In this document: in pieces, positions 52,695-64,000 of the stretch | Position numbering within the stretch: position 1 is the first letter of the stretch | Layout: each line of letters opens with the position of its first letter | DNA from: Mytilus californianus | Lineage: Eukaryota | Direction: 5' to 3' | Assembly (NCBI RefSeq): GCF_021869535.1 | Contig: NW_026262712.1 | Span: 5,084,001-5,148,000, forward strand | Length of the DNA stretch: 64,000 nt | The notes under the pieces: model-generated | What the model was told of the DNA's origin: nothing | The model's database searches: none | The model's input: the letters and a program-made list of their open reading frames with translations, nothing else | Position numbers and translations under genes: made by a program

Positions 52695-55185
52695 TGGTCA
52701 TCGTCATTATACATCACCTACTTTGCATGATGTCTCTATTAATGACTTGCTGCCATTTATACAAAAGCCGTTAGGTATTCATCACATTCGCACGAAACTG
52801 TATTCATTACCCCTTTCAAAACTCTATTTTCTGTTCAATTTATGTTTGGAAACCACTGTTACAAACCCTCATTCAAACCAATACAAACTAACAGCTATCA
52901 TTTCAGATATTGCAAGTCACAGATTTTTCATGTTTGCATTGGAAAAGATGAAAAAGAGAAAAGATCTTTTCTTAAACTTTCCTTTGCCAAAAAAGGTCTC
53001 GATGGCGTCAACTTAGGCAATATCCTTCATCATAAATTAGTTCAGTCGAAAATACCTCCTTATTTTAAAAATCAGTCTGTACCAATAATTTCTCATGCTT
53101 ATACCAAACCAATTGCAACTAAAATTTTCAATTACAAACACGTTTTGCAGGATCTCAACATTGACGACTTCAAGTTTAAACCTCCTGATTGCACCTGTGC
53201 TAGTTCCCAATTCACATATAATCCGGCTGGCCACGTTATTACCGGAGACCTCAACATTGTCAATAACACGTCCCTGCGAAATTCGTTATCCAAAGGTCCG
53301 AAATATCGTGAGCCTAAATCCATCAATTGGAAATACAACTTCAAAATACTGATGGATTCAGTCGAGGATTATGCCAGACAATGGGCTAAACGCGAAAAGA
53401 AGACGTAGATACTCTATCCGAATGGATTAAGGCTGTGAGGTCGTTGATACAAATCCGAATTAAGAAACTAAATGGGCCTATCAATACACAAGCTACGTCA
53501 ATTTTTAAAGACCCAAATGTTGCAAAACACTTGTCCTACCTCCATGACCAATATGTTGTTGTCCCCGCAGATAAAGCCCCAAACAACATCGTTTTTGTGT
53601 GTAAATATCATTACATAAACTGATTGATAAATGAATTAGGTATTGACAATTCACTTGGAAACTCAACATATACCCTCACGACACTAACCAAAGAGGAAAT
53701 CCTGGATAATCATAGGTCTGTTCTATGTTCCTTTGGCATGTCAACCAAAGATGAAGAACTGGATCTTCCATCACTGTATTGTATACCTAAATTACATAAG
53801 TGTCATAACACACAACGGCATATTGCTGGATCTTCCAAGTGCTCCACGAAACCTCTTTCTAAATTATTAACATCTATTTTACCAGCAATCAAAGCCGGGC
53901 TCCAAAGCTATTGTGAAACTGCCTATTCTAAGGGTGGCGTGAATCAGATGTGGATACTAAAAAATTCCAAAGATCTTTTAGAGTACATACAATCTAAGAC
54001 TCTCTCATCTTGAGATTTGACTTTTCTTCACTTTACACAAGTATTCCCCATTCCAAACTTAAAGACAAACTGAAAGAGTTGGTATTACTTTGTTTCATTA
54101 AAAAGAATGGCGAACGTAGATACAAGTATCTTGTCCTGGGGAGGGATAAATCCTACTTTGTAAAGAATCATTATGATTCAAACAAAAAATTCTCTGAAAC
54201 TGACATTATCAAGATGCTTGATTTCTTGATTGACAACATATTTGTTACGTTTGGAGGACGTGTTTTTCAAAAGACTGTCGGAATTCCAATGGGAACCAAT
54301 TGTGCCCTTCTTCTTGCCAACTTGTTTCTTTATTATTATGAGGCTGACTTCATACAGGAACTTCTTAGGAAGAAAGATAAGAAGTTAGCAATATCCTTTA
54401 ACTTTACTTTCCGCTATATAGATGATGTTCTCTCACTAAATAATACAAAATTTGGTGACTATGTTGAATGAATCTATCCAATCCAACTAAAGATAAAGGA
54501 TACTACAGATACAGTTAAGTCTGCCTCGTATCTTGACTTACATCTAGAAAATGACAGTGAGGGTCGGTTGAAAACAAAACTTTACGACAAACGAGATGAT
54601 TTCAGCTTCCCAATTGTGAACTTTCCATTTCTATGTAGCAACATTCCAGCAGCGCCTGCATACGGAGCATATATCTCCCAATTGATACGATATTCCCGGG
54701 CTTGTATTTCCTATCATGATATCCTTGATAGAGGGTTGCTGCTCACAAGGAAGCTATTAAACCAAGAGTTCCAAATGGTGAAGTTGAAATCATCCCTTCG
54801 TAAATTTTACGGACGCCATCACGAGTTGGTTGACCGTTATGGAATAACCGTTTCACAGATGATATCGGATATGTTCCTTATGTCGTAACTATAATACCCT
54901 TCCCTTTTCACGAATGTGACCTACAGAATTAGACTATTTACCGGATTTGTAATAACATAAACAACACGACGGGTGCCACATGTGGAGCAGGATCTGCTTA
55001 CCCTTCCGGAGCACCTGATATCACCCCCAGTTTTTGGTGGGGTTCGTGTTGCTTAGTCTTTAGTTTTCTATGTTGTGTCATCTGTACTATCATTTGTCTG
55101 TTTGTCTTTTTATTTTTGGCCATGGCGTTGTCAGTTTGTTTTCGATCTATGAGTTTGACTGTCCTTCTGGTATCTGTCGTCCCTC
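52695..55185 (+). mobile_element. 5'-truncated Naiad retroelement (CxC linker and RT) with 5-bp TSD
   Basis: PPDCTCASS, GHVITGDL, VPADKAPNN, FDFSSLY, GIPMGTNCA, FRYIDDVL, YDKRDDF; TTTTA duplicated at 52690-52694 and 55186-55190; empty sites at about 42950 and 23890. Confidence 0.92.
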
Positions 55186-58100
55186 TTTTAATGACGTTGC
55201 CACATGCATATTGTTTTGTTTGCATGGAATAAAAATACATGTTTTAAAGATAACACAGAATGAAGACACCAGAGGATGATCATAGGAGTATACGTATATT
55301 GTTAAATTGACCATGACGCCTTTTAATACGACCAAACGAATTTGCATGTGCCGCGAAGAGCACAATAACGGCTACGAATAGAAAAGGAAATCCAATTTGT
55401 TTTGTTATCAAGTATTTTTCTTATGCATACGAATAACCCTGAATTACAACTTTTTTTTTTTTTTTTTCTGATCTGAAATGTAAATAGATATCAAAGGTAC
55501 CAGGCTTATAATAAGATATGTTACTTTCTTCCAATTATACTTTCCATTAGACATCTCAGCAGTTTTATGTCAATACAGTGTATATTTATTATCCTAACAT
55601 ACAACAGAGAGCGTTAATACTATTTATTCAGTAACATGAACACACGGACAATTAAACTGCGTTGCAAAACAAAACAAAAATTACTTTATATAATGAATCA
55701 GTGCATAATTCGTTCTATCAAATTTGTATCATACGGAACAGTGATAAGAATCAGACATAACCACAGTAGAATGAAGAGTGAAAAAAACTCCTGTTTTGTT
55801 TTAACAAAACAAAGGCTATTGGTTTTTCTAGTTAAAAGTACGTTTTCATTATTTTGACCTATCAGAACCATTCCATTATATGGGAAATTTAAGTACTTGA
55901 CAGTCACATTGTATAACTTTAGTAGCTGATATCAACATCATATGATGAAGACATAATTTTTCAATCAGGTAAATTGAGGTCTGGAGCTGGCATGTCAGTA
56001 ACTGCTAGTAGTCTGTTGTTATTTATGTATTATTGTCATTTTGTTTATTTTCTTTTGTTTCCTTTTCTGACATCGGACTCGGACTTCTCTTAAACTGAGT
56101 TTTACTGTGCGTACTGTTGTACGTTTGTTTTTTTCTACACTGGCTAGAGGTAAAGGGAAGGGTTGAAATCTCAAAAAACATGTTTAACCCCGCCGCATTT
56201 TTGCGCCTGTCCCAAGTCAGGAGCCTCTGGCCTTTGTTAGTCTTGTATCATTTTTAATTTTAGTTTCTTGTGTATAATTTGGAGTTTAGTATGACGTCCA
56301 TTTTCACTGAACTAGTATACATATTTGTTTAGGGGCCAGCTGAAGGACGCCTCCGGGTGCGGGAGTTTCTCGCTGCATTAAAGACACATTGGTGGCCTTC
56401 TGCTGTTGTCTGCTCTATGGTAGGGTTGTTGTCTCTTTGACACATTCCCCATTTCCATTCTCAATTTTATCGTTATGTGATCTCTGATGGGTATTTGTCG
56501 CATTTTCAATTGTCACCAGTTTTTGGTATTGCTCATCCTTTTGTTTTCTGTCTCATGTTTTGTGTAGTATTGTTTGCCTGTTTGTCTGTTTCCTTTTTAG
56601 CCTTGGCGTTGTCAGTTTTATTTTTCAACTGATGAGTTTGAACGTCCCGCTGGTATCTTTTGCATCTCTTTTATACCAAATCGTCGAAATTTATAAGCCG
56701 TTGATCCGATATGTGTTTTTACAACAACACAGTTTGGTCTTATCATGTCCTGATAATTATTTGCGTATGTCTAAACTGTATTTTTTTTAACTATGATATC
56801 TTACGACTTAGAATGAATAATAATTGTCGGAATTGCTTTTTATTTTCTCTAATGTTTAGTACAAAATGATACTTTTTAGTTAACACATTGAGGAAACGTA
56901 TTGTTTGCGAAAGTAAGTTTTAGCTCCAATGGATGTTGTTTTTTTTCTGTTTTTTTTTTTTGTGCAAACGTACTTCTCCTTTTTGATGAGCATTTGATAA
57001 TCTGTGAAATAAAATTGAATGTTCGTAAAATGTGAATTTACTTTGAAAATAGAACTGCAGCAATTCTAACAAAAGTTTTTCGGATGGGCAATCAAACTAT
57101 GGAAGCTTCGACAGTAATACTTATCATAATTGTCATATAAACATAATTAGTGTGTTACAAATACAAAAAAAAAAACCGAACAAACATAGAAAGAAATGAA
57201 CACTTCAAAAAAATTCTGCCCTCAGTTCTAGTGACTGATTTATAAAGGAGCCAATATTTCTAACATGTTCCATGATAGAGGGGTTAGCATTTCTTTTACT
57301 TTTTAATCTTTGGTCAGAGACATACAATTATTAGAAGGTAATCAATTTTCAAATAAATTATCCCATTTTGTTAATTTTACATTCAAGGCAGAAGTGTTTT
57401 TCATCTCCAGCAAGTGGCACATTTTACACACTCTATCCTCTTGATGAATTTTATAATAGCAACCCATTTCTCGTTCTAAGTTATGGTCACTAAAGTTAAA
57501 CTAAGTGAAAAATTTTCTCAAAGAAAAGTAAGTGGAGGCTAAATAAGATTATCTATCCAAGTTAAGTTTTTTAAAAATTTTCATAGAGAAACAGTTTACC
57601 TTTTTCATCATAACTATTTATTCTATTTTCAAAAATATTTAAAAACTTTTTTTTAAAGTTCATTTTAAATTAAGGACTTTAAAAACTTTATTTCATTCAA
57701 ATCCCTACAATTATTAACTTTATCAAAATAATCAGGGTTGCTAGATTGGGTGGCATATTCTGTGCATATGTATACCAAGAATAAGTACAATGGGAGTCCA
57801 GCAGTTTTGACAATATAAATGCTTTTTTAAGTGAAATATTTGTATTTTCATAATTCAGTATTGCTAGGTTAGAAAACAATGTAAGATAGAGATTGTGCAC
57901 AAATAAAATGTTCAAATTGGAGTCTGTCTAGTTCTGTTCGGGTTGTTATATTTGATGTGGTTTTCTGGAGCCCAGCAAAAAAGTAAATAGTTATTGTGAA
58001 CCTTTTAAATGTATTTTTATCAATAAAATAAATTTGATCAAAGTTTTTATTACTACGATCAGCTCTTATCTTAGCTCTGTATCGTGTTAACTAACTTTCC

Positions 58101-59540
58101 ATAGAGGGTATCTTAGAATTATAAGTTTAAACTGTTTGAACCCTTTGATCAAAACGATTACTAGAAATTTCTATTGGGAGATTTTCCAATGAAGCTACCT
58201 TGGCTTTAACCGAAAACATGACTTTTCTTGCTTTTTTTCGCTAGGACTCCTAAACATGAAATCAGGTTACCATTGCTCTGAATAAGAATTCCTATCACTC
58301 GCATGTCTTTTTCATAGTTGTTTGAAGATTATTTTAGACATATTTACGAGGTTTTATATGCTGAAAACTCAACAAACATTTAATTGAGAGAAAAATTGTT
58401 AAAAGTAGAAATGCACGACCAAAACGTGCAATTCGATTTTTTTATTCAGTAATATAGGTTATATGGAAGTGCAGGGATATACTTAGATACCGGTGTACAA
58501 TTTTACTTCCAGTCAATTAATAGTTTGGTGGAAAACTCTTGTTGAATTTATCTGCACAAAACAAAACATGCAAAAAAAAGCTATGGTGGACCTTTATACC
58601 ATAGAATTATTAACTTACCTATTTCGAATCTATCTTCACTTTTATTTATTATAAATCCGGAAAAAAATAGTTCGTAGTATTTTTGAACGAAAAACCTCGT
58701 GAATAAAGTAATGACCGTCATATCTTAATGCTTTAATTAGAGGTGAACGTAATTTTTCCTGTTTCACTCACAGGATTGAAATTTAAACGTTAACAAATCT
58801 TACGGGAAATTAATAATTTAAGGAGGAAGTCAGGTAAAATTTTGTAAATCCGGAATTTAAAATTGAAATTACAAATGAGAAGTTCAAAAACTTTTACACT
58901 ATAAAATTTTAACACTATTCAATTTGCTTAATTTGTTGATTTAGTATAATTAAGATCTCATAAACATAGCTTATCAACTTGTTATTTTAATGATATGAAA
59001 GTTATTTGCCATTTGACGTTAAAGAAAATCTATTCATTTATTCGTTAATTTGAAAGGAGTATTTCATTTTACCCGTCTCTATAACTCATCAAAAGGATGC
59101 TTCTAGTTATGCCAAACCTTGCTTTTAAACTTACCTAAAAATCAGATCAGAAAATTGAAACATTCCATGTTTTTTTTTTTTTATGATTCCACGACCTTAC
59201 CTCCCTATACAAATAAATATGAAATATGTACAGCATGCAGAAACATGTACAGGCAGTTCAAAATAAAGTATTATTACGTTGAACATTACAAAAAGTAATA
59301 GTGTTGTAGTATAGTATTTCAAAATGCAAAATGAACAACACTTTTTTTCTAAATGAAGGCACTGCTTCGTGAAAAAAATTTAAATCAAAATCAAAACATT
59401 ATACCTATTCTATGACAAAACTAACAAACTAACAAAGTTGATATAACAATACTATCGCTGTTCAATATTAGCACTTTTGCACATTTGCTGTCTTTAAACT
59501 ACAACTGCATTGAAGATATTAAACAAAGTTTTTAAAAAAT

Positions 59541-59985
59541 TGGAAACAACACGTTTTATAATTTCATGCGTCCGAAGCGCTTTTCTGGATTTACCTTCAT
59601 CAGGAACGCTCAAAGCCAAACATTTGAAATCCGAGGGATGTATAAGTACCGAAACAGTTGAAGAGCTATATAACAAAAATACCTAAAACAAATAGCCAAA
59701 TTCATCTAAGGTCAACTTTGCCTGAGGGAGTTGAAACCTTAGTTTCTTTATAATTTCAAAATTTAACAACGGACAATTTTAGAAAGGTTTGTTATAAATC
59801 ATGTCAGTACCGAAGTACTGACTACTGAGCTGATGATACCCTCGGGGACTGATATTCCACCAGCAGAGGTATCGACCCAATGATGTAAAAAATTGGAAAA
59901 AACACGTTTAATAATTTCATGCGTCCGAAGCGCTTTTCTGGATTTACCTTCATCAGGAACGCTCAAAGCCAAACATTTGAAATTT
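59541..59985 (-). mobile_element. Tandem retrozyme-like repeat (353-bp period) with two hammerhead ribozymes
   Basis: Hammerhead motifs at 59566-59611 and 59919-59964, same sequence as 25206-25251. Confidence 0.85.
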
Positions 59986-60796
59986 AAAAGCTTTCTGGTG
60001 TTCTGGTTCATTCTCTAGAACATAAAACATTATAAGAAGATGACTGAAATACGACAATCTATGTAATAGCAATTAACACATAAGCAATGTTCAAACAGTT
60101 TAAGCGCTAAACATATTATATGTATATAAGACATAAAAATAGCCATATTAACAGGCATATTTCAAATACATTTAAAACAAATATTCTTAGATGTTTATCA
60201 CAGTGAATTACCTTTAATTAACATAGATGACTAATCAAGTACGTTAAGTCTAAATTTAAAGGTTGAATATACTAAATACATTATTCAAAGGAGGATGAAG
60301 ACTGTAATAGTAAACAATATAGAATCAGGAAAACAAAAAGCACGAGAAATTTTGAGACAAAGGATAGAGCATACTCAAAACAAAAGGAATGGACATAAGT
60401 GACTGTGACGAAAACCCCCTGAATATGAATCAAATATGAAGAAATGGCATGCAAATTCCGTATAACACGCAACTTTAACAACTTTTTATCTATTCTGTGG
60501 ACATTGGCATATTTGAGAGCATCGTACACTGGGTTTTTTTAAGTGATAGGTAAGGAATCCTAGCGGTATTAAAATCTCAAACACGCAAAGCATTAATGTG
60601 TTAAAATCTTTTATCGAATCCACAACACATAAATACTCAAACAAATATATCCTTTTAATTTGTATCTCGTTTTAATCTGTACGGTAAACAACAAAAATAA
60701 TTATGAATTACTTCTATCTATCAGGCGTCGTATGAAGACATTTAAATTAAACTTATTTTAATATCTTATTCACATTACTATAAGTTTACTAAACAC

Positions 60797-60798
<2 letters not shown>

Positions 60799-60829
<31 letters not shown>
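60799..60829. repeat. (AT)n microsatellite
   Basis: About 15 AT units. Confidence 0.95.
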
Positions 60830-60833
<4 letters not shown>

Positions 60834-63800
60834 ATTACGCTAAGCCTATATTTAACCTTTTGAACAACGTTGTTTGACAATAAGCAACAGCACAGTATGG
60901 AAATTTCCGTGTTTATACCTAAACCGAAACTATAAATGTTGAAAAATTGACAAACTTGTTTTTAGCTTTTGTCGAGTAAAGGTCGCTCAACATAATAGGT
61001 AAGATTGCACATGCTGTTCAAAACATGTTTTCATTATTAGATTATTGTTTAATGTATACCTCAGTCTGAGAGTGAATAGTCATTTTTTAGTTCAAATTGG
61101 ACTTTGGAATTTTGAGTACTCTGAGTAGATCGGTAATATATGTCGTTTGTGATTTTGTTATATGTAGTTGCTTGTTGTGCCTTTCATGACAGTCAAATGT
61201 TACAGTGTGTACCTATAATGGATTACATACATGTCATGGATATTTGTCTCATTGGCAATTGTTCTCGTTTATTAAGCAGTAGATACCATATGTGAATCAC
61301 CGTATTTAAATCTATAATCTGTTTCGTCTGATGTTCTTTTAAAATATAGATTTCAAAGACAACTTAACTACGAATTTTCGTAATCGTTTTTCTAATGCTT
61401 TGCTTAAACGAAACTTTGTATTTAAAACAGTGGAGAAAATGTGTTGTTAGCGTACATTTGTTTTTGTTTAACAACTTTTTTTTATACAAGTGGATTTCTC
61501 CCTACAAAACATTCCTTATTACAACGGTACAGATTGAGGGATTTTGTTAATTTGTTAACCATCCATGACCACATCAACCTGAAATGGCAACGCCACGCGA
61601 AGAAAAGGCGAAGGATACCAAAAGGACATTCAAACTAATAAGTCGAAAATAAACTGACATCGCCATGGCTGAAAAAGTAAAAATACAAACAAAGAACAGT
61701 ACACAAAAAACATAGAAAACCAAAGACCACAAAAAACTGGGGTGATTGCAGGTGTTGCGTAAGGGTAGGCAAATTCTGTTTCAAATGTGGCAACCGTCGT
61801 ACTACTCATGTAAGTACAAACCTGGTGATAATTTTAATTCGGTAAAGTCATTAAACAACTCCATTAGCGAGACAGTGTCCCGACATTAACCTCAACTGAT
61901 TACCAAGATTTCGAATGTCATGGCATACAGATTAAACATAACACTGTAAATGCTATACAATCGACTGCACCTAAACAAATTTAAAACCTTCTTTTTAACT
62001 GAACTAGTGCAATAAAAAAGCTGTTATGGTCAAAGTCAGGGGCCAAGTCCGTAGGAACAAAACAGAACTCAATACATGTGCAAACAAACTGGTTGTGTTT
62101 TCTGTCAATCATTTATGTGTTGGTAACAAGCAGTCACTACCTTAACCGGTAACACATCCTTTGATCAGCTGATATCAAGGGTTTGAGTGCATTTCACATG
62201 ATTTTAACATGACACGTTATTTGGTACACATAGACAGTGTTATGAATGTAATTCATATCAATATATTTATTTTAGAAATAATATACCTGAAAATAAAATA
62301 GGAATGATTTAGCATTGAGTTTTCATAGTCCGTCAGTAAAAATATCTTGTTCCCTTTCGTTTTCTTTCAAGTGGTACAATGAACCAAACATATTGACTAT
62401 AATTAAATTTTTAATTTGGCTCGTTTAGTTTTCATAACATTTGGACCAAATATTTACTTTGACAAACAAATTAAAATTTAAATAAACTTGAACCGCACAC
62501 TTCATCGGAACAATTTCATTGGATAAATAGAATTTTGACAAATCATATTTTTTTATCATTGAGAAGCTTAATATTTCCATTACAATTTTTTTTACAGAGT
62601 TATCTCCTAAGGTGTTATGTACCACCTTATTTTATACGTATCCGAAATTTAAATGCTATTAACAATGATAAAAAAAAATTTGAGGTTCACCGAACATTTC
62701 TTTCCAGTCTGTCACCCATACAAAAATTGCATTCAGAATTAAAACCATAGGGGTAAATGAGAAAATATCTGAATAGCGCTATTTTGTGAGAAACACAATT
62801 TACATTTTGGAAATTTCTACATAGTTAAACATGAAGGAAAAACATGAATATTCCAGATTTTACACCTATATATAAAACATTTTATTTTTGATTCTGCAAA
62901 AGTTGACATATAGAAATGATTTCGGAACATAATATTCTTTTGTTAATAACTTAATACATCATGCCAATAAGAAATGACGGTTTGATGTTGTTACGGTGTT
63001 AAATCCCGTACCCTCTATATACTTAATGTGTTAAATCCTCGACAACTCTATATCATTAATGTTTTTAAATCTCGTTGACTCTATATAATTAGTAACAAAT
63101 TTACAACACAGAAAAACTTAAGCAAATATAACCCTTCAACGTTCTTATATTGTTTAAATCTTTACTGTAAATAAGTTATTTTTATCAGACGTAGTTTAGG
63201 TACATTTAAATACAAATTCTATTTTTAGATTTTATTCACAGTAAATAACCTTTATTAAACATAGATATATGGACCATTACGTTAACCTAAATTTAAAGTG
63301 TTTGACACGGTTTTTTAAAAATCAGCAATGACGAAGTATATAAATTTCCATTTCCATGCTTAAACCGAAACTAAAAATATTGAAAGAATGCCACATTAAT
63401 GTTTTGGTTTTTAAGAGTAGCAAAGGTCGCTCAAAATGATAGGTAAGATTGCAACATGTTTTCATTATTTGATTATAAATGTATACCTTTCAGTTTGAGA
63501 GTAAATGGACAACTTTTAAGTTCAAATTAGAAGTTTGCTGTCAGTTACTTCCAGTACTCCGAGTAGATTGGTACTATATGTCATTTGTCATTTTGATATT
63601 TGAAATTCTTTTTTCATTTATTTTTGCTCAGTTTGACTTAAGGGGAAGATTAAACGTTAAAAACCACGTTATATGTGTGCAAGTCCAAAGCTATGATTAT
63701 TTTGTCACGGTGTTGTCTTTGATTGCTGTCTGTCATGTTTTGGTTTATTTGTATTATTCGAAGTGTCTTCTCCTTTGGTTCTTTTCTCCTGGTTAGGCAC

Positions 63801-63962
63801 ATTAAGTTTACTATTCGGTATTGAATATGCTCATGGTTGAAAGCTGCACGTTACCCTGGGGTTTCCCCTCTCTATCTAAAGTTCTTTAATGACTTGATTG
63901 TCTTTTTCAAATCTCATCTTCTAACGCTTATTTCAATACTTATCTCTTTTTAATAAATTTAG

Positions 63963-64000
63963 GTATAATGAGAGATCACGGAATTACCATTGTTGGAACG
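63963..64000 (+). CDS. Possible start of exon 2 of an unidentified gene running off the window
   Basis: Pyrimidine-rich tract and TTTAG acceptor, phase 1 compatible with ATG ATA G at 63436-63442, open frame (G)IMRDHGITIVGT; too short to identify. Confidence 0.3.

Noticed and set aside
53990-54475. Further TGA codons in the 52.7 kb Naiad as selenocysteines
   Set aside because: TGA at about 54011 is at a deletion junction and TGA at about 54469 fits CGA-to-TGA CpG decay of Arg.
906-63796. Most 60-100 aa ORFs in the track (e.g. MSKRQQP..., ...LALSVPDEGKSRKALRTH..., MNTRTIKLRCK...)
   Set aside because: Chance ORFs in AT-rich DNA or by-products of repeats, ribozyme motifs and segmental duplication; recurrence reflects DNA copying, not coding conservation.

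Overview
AT-rich, intron-containing animal DNA, most likely a marine mussel (Mytilus-like, inferred from repeat families and peptide-precursor architecture; not database-checked). The main signal is a small cluster of secreted, cysteine-free, Gly/Lys/Arg-rich peptide precursors that the ORF track fragments because the genes are spliced. Gene A (+, 24460-29144, 163 aa) is signal peptide + 54-aa cationic peptide ending FKWKF + GKR + acidic two-EF-hand extension. Gene B (-, 38731-37012, 115 aa) carries an extra 27-aa module and no EF-hand tail. A pseudogene fragment (-, 40555-40683) and two orphan promoter/exon-1 copies (42.4 kb, 52.1 kb) lie in inverted segmental duplicates of gene A's locus. 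Between the convergent genes A and B sits a decayed Naiad-type Penelope-like retroelement with in-frame TGA codons at conserved Cys positions and a SECIS-like hairpin in its 3' UTR, suggesting a selenocysteine-encoding transposon. Also present: a spliced tetraspanin-like gene with three in-frame stops (-, 2.2-8.0 kb), an intronless disrupted RNF145/TRC8-like RING-H2 ligase (+, 47.6-49.4 kb), hammerhead-ribozyme retrozyme-like repeats, a Tc1 relic, SINEs, MITEs and other Naiad RT fragments. All translations, splice models and alignments were done by eye.
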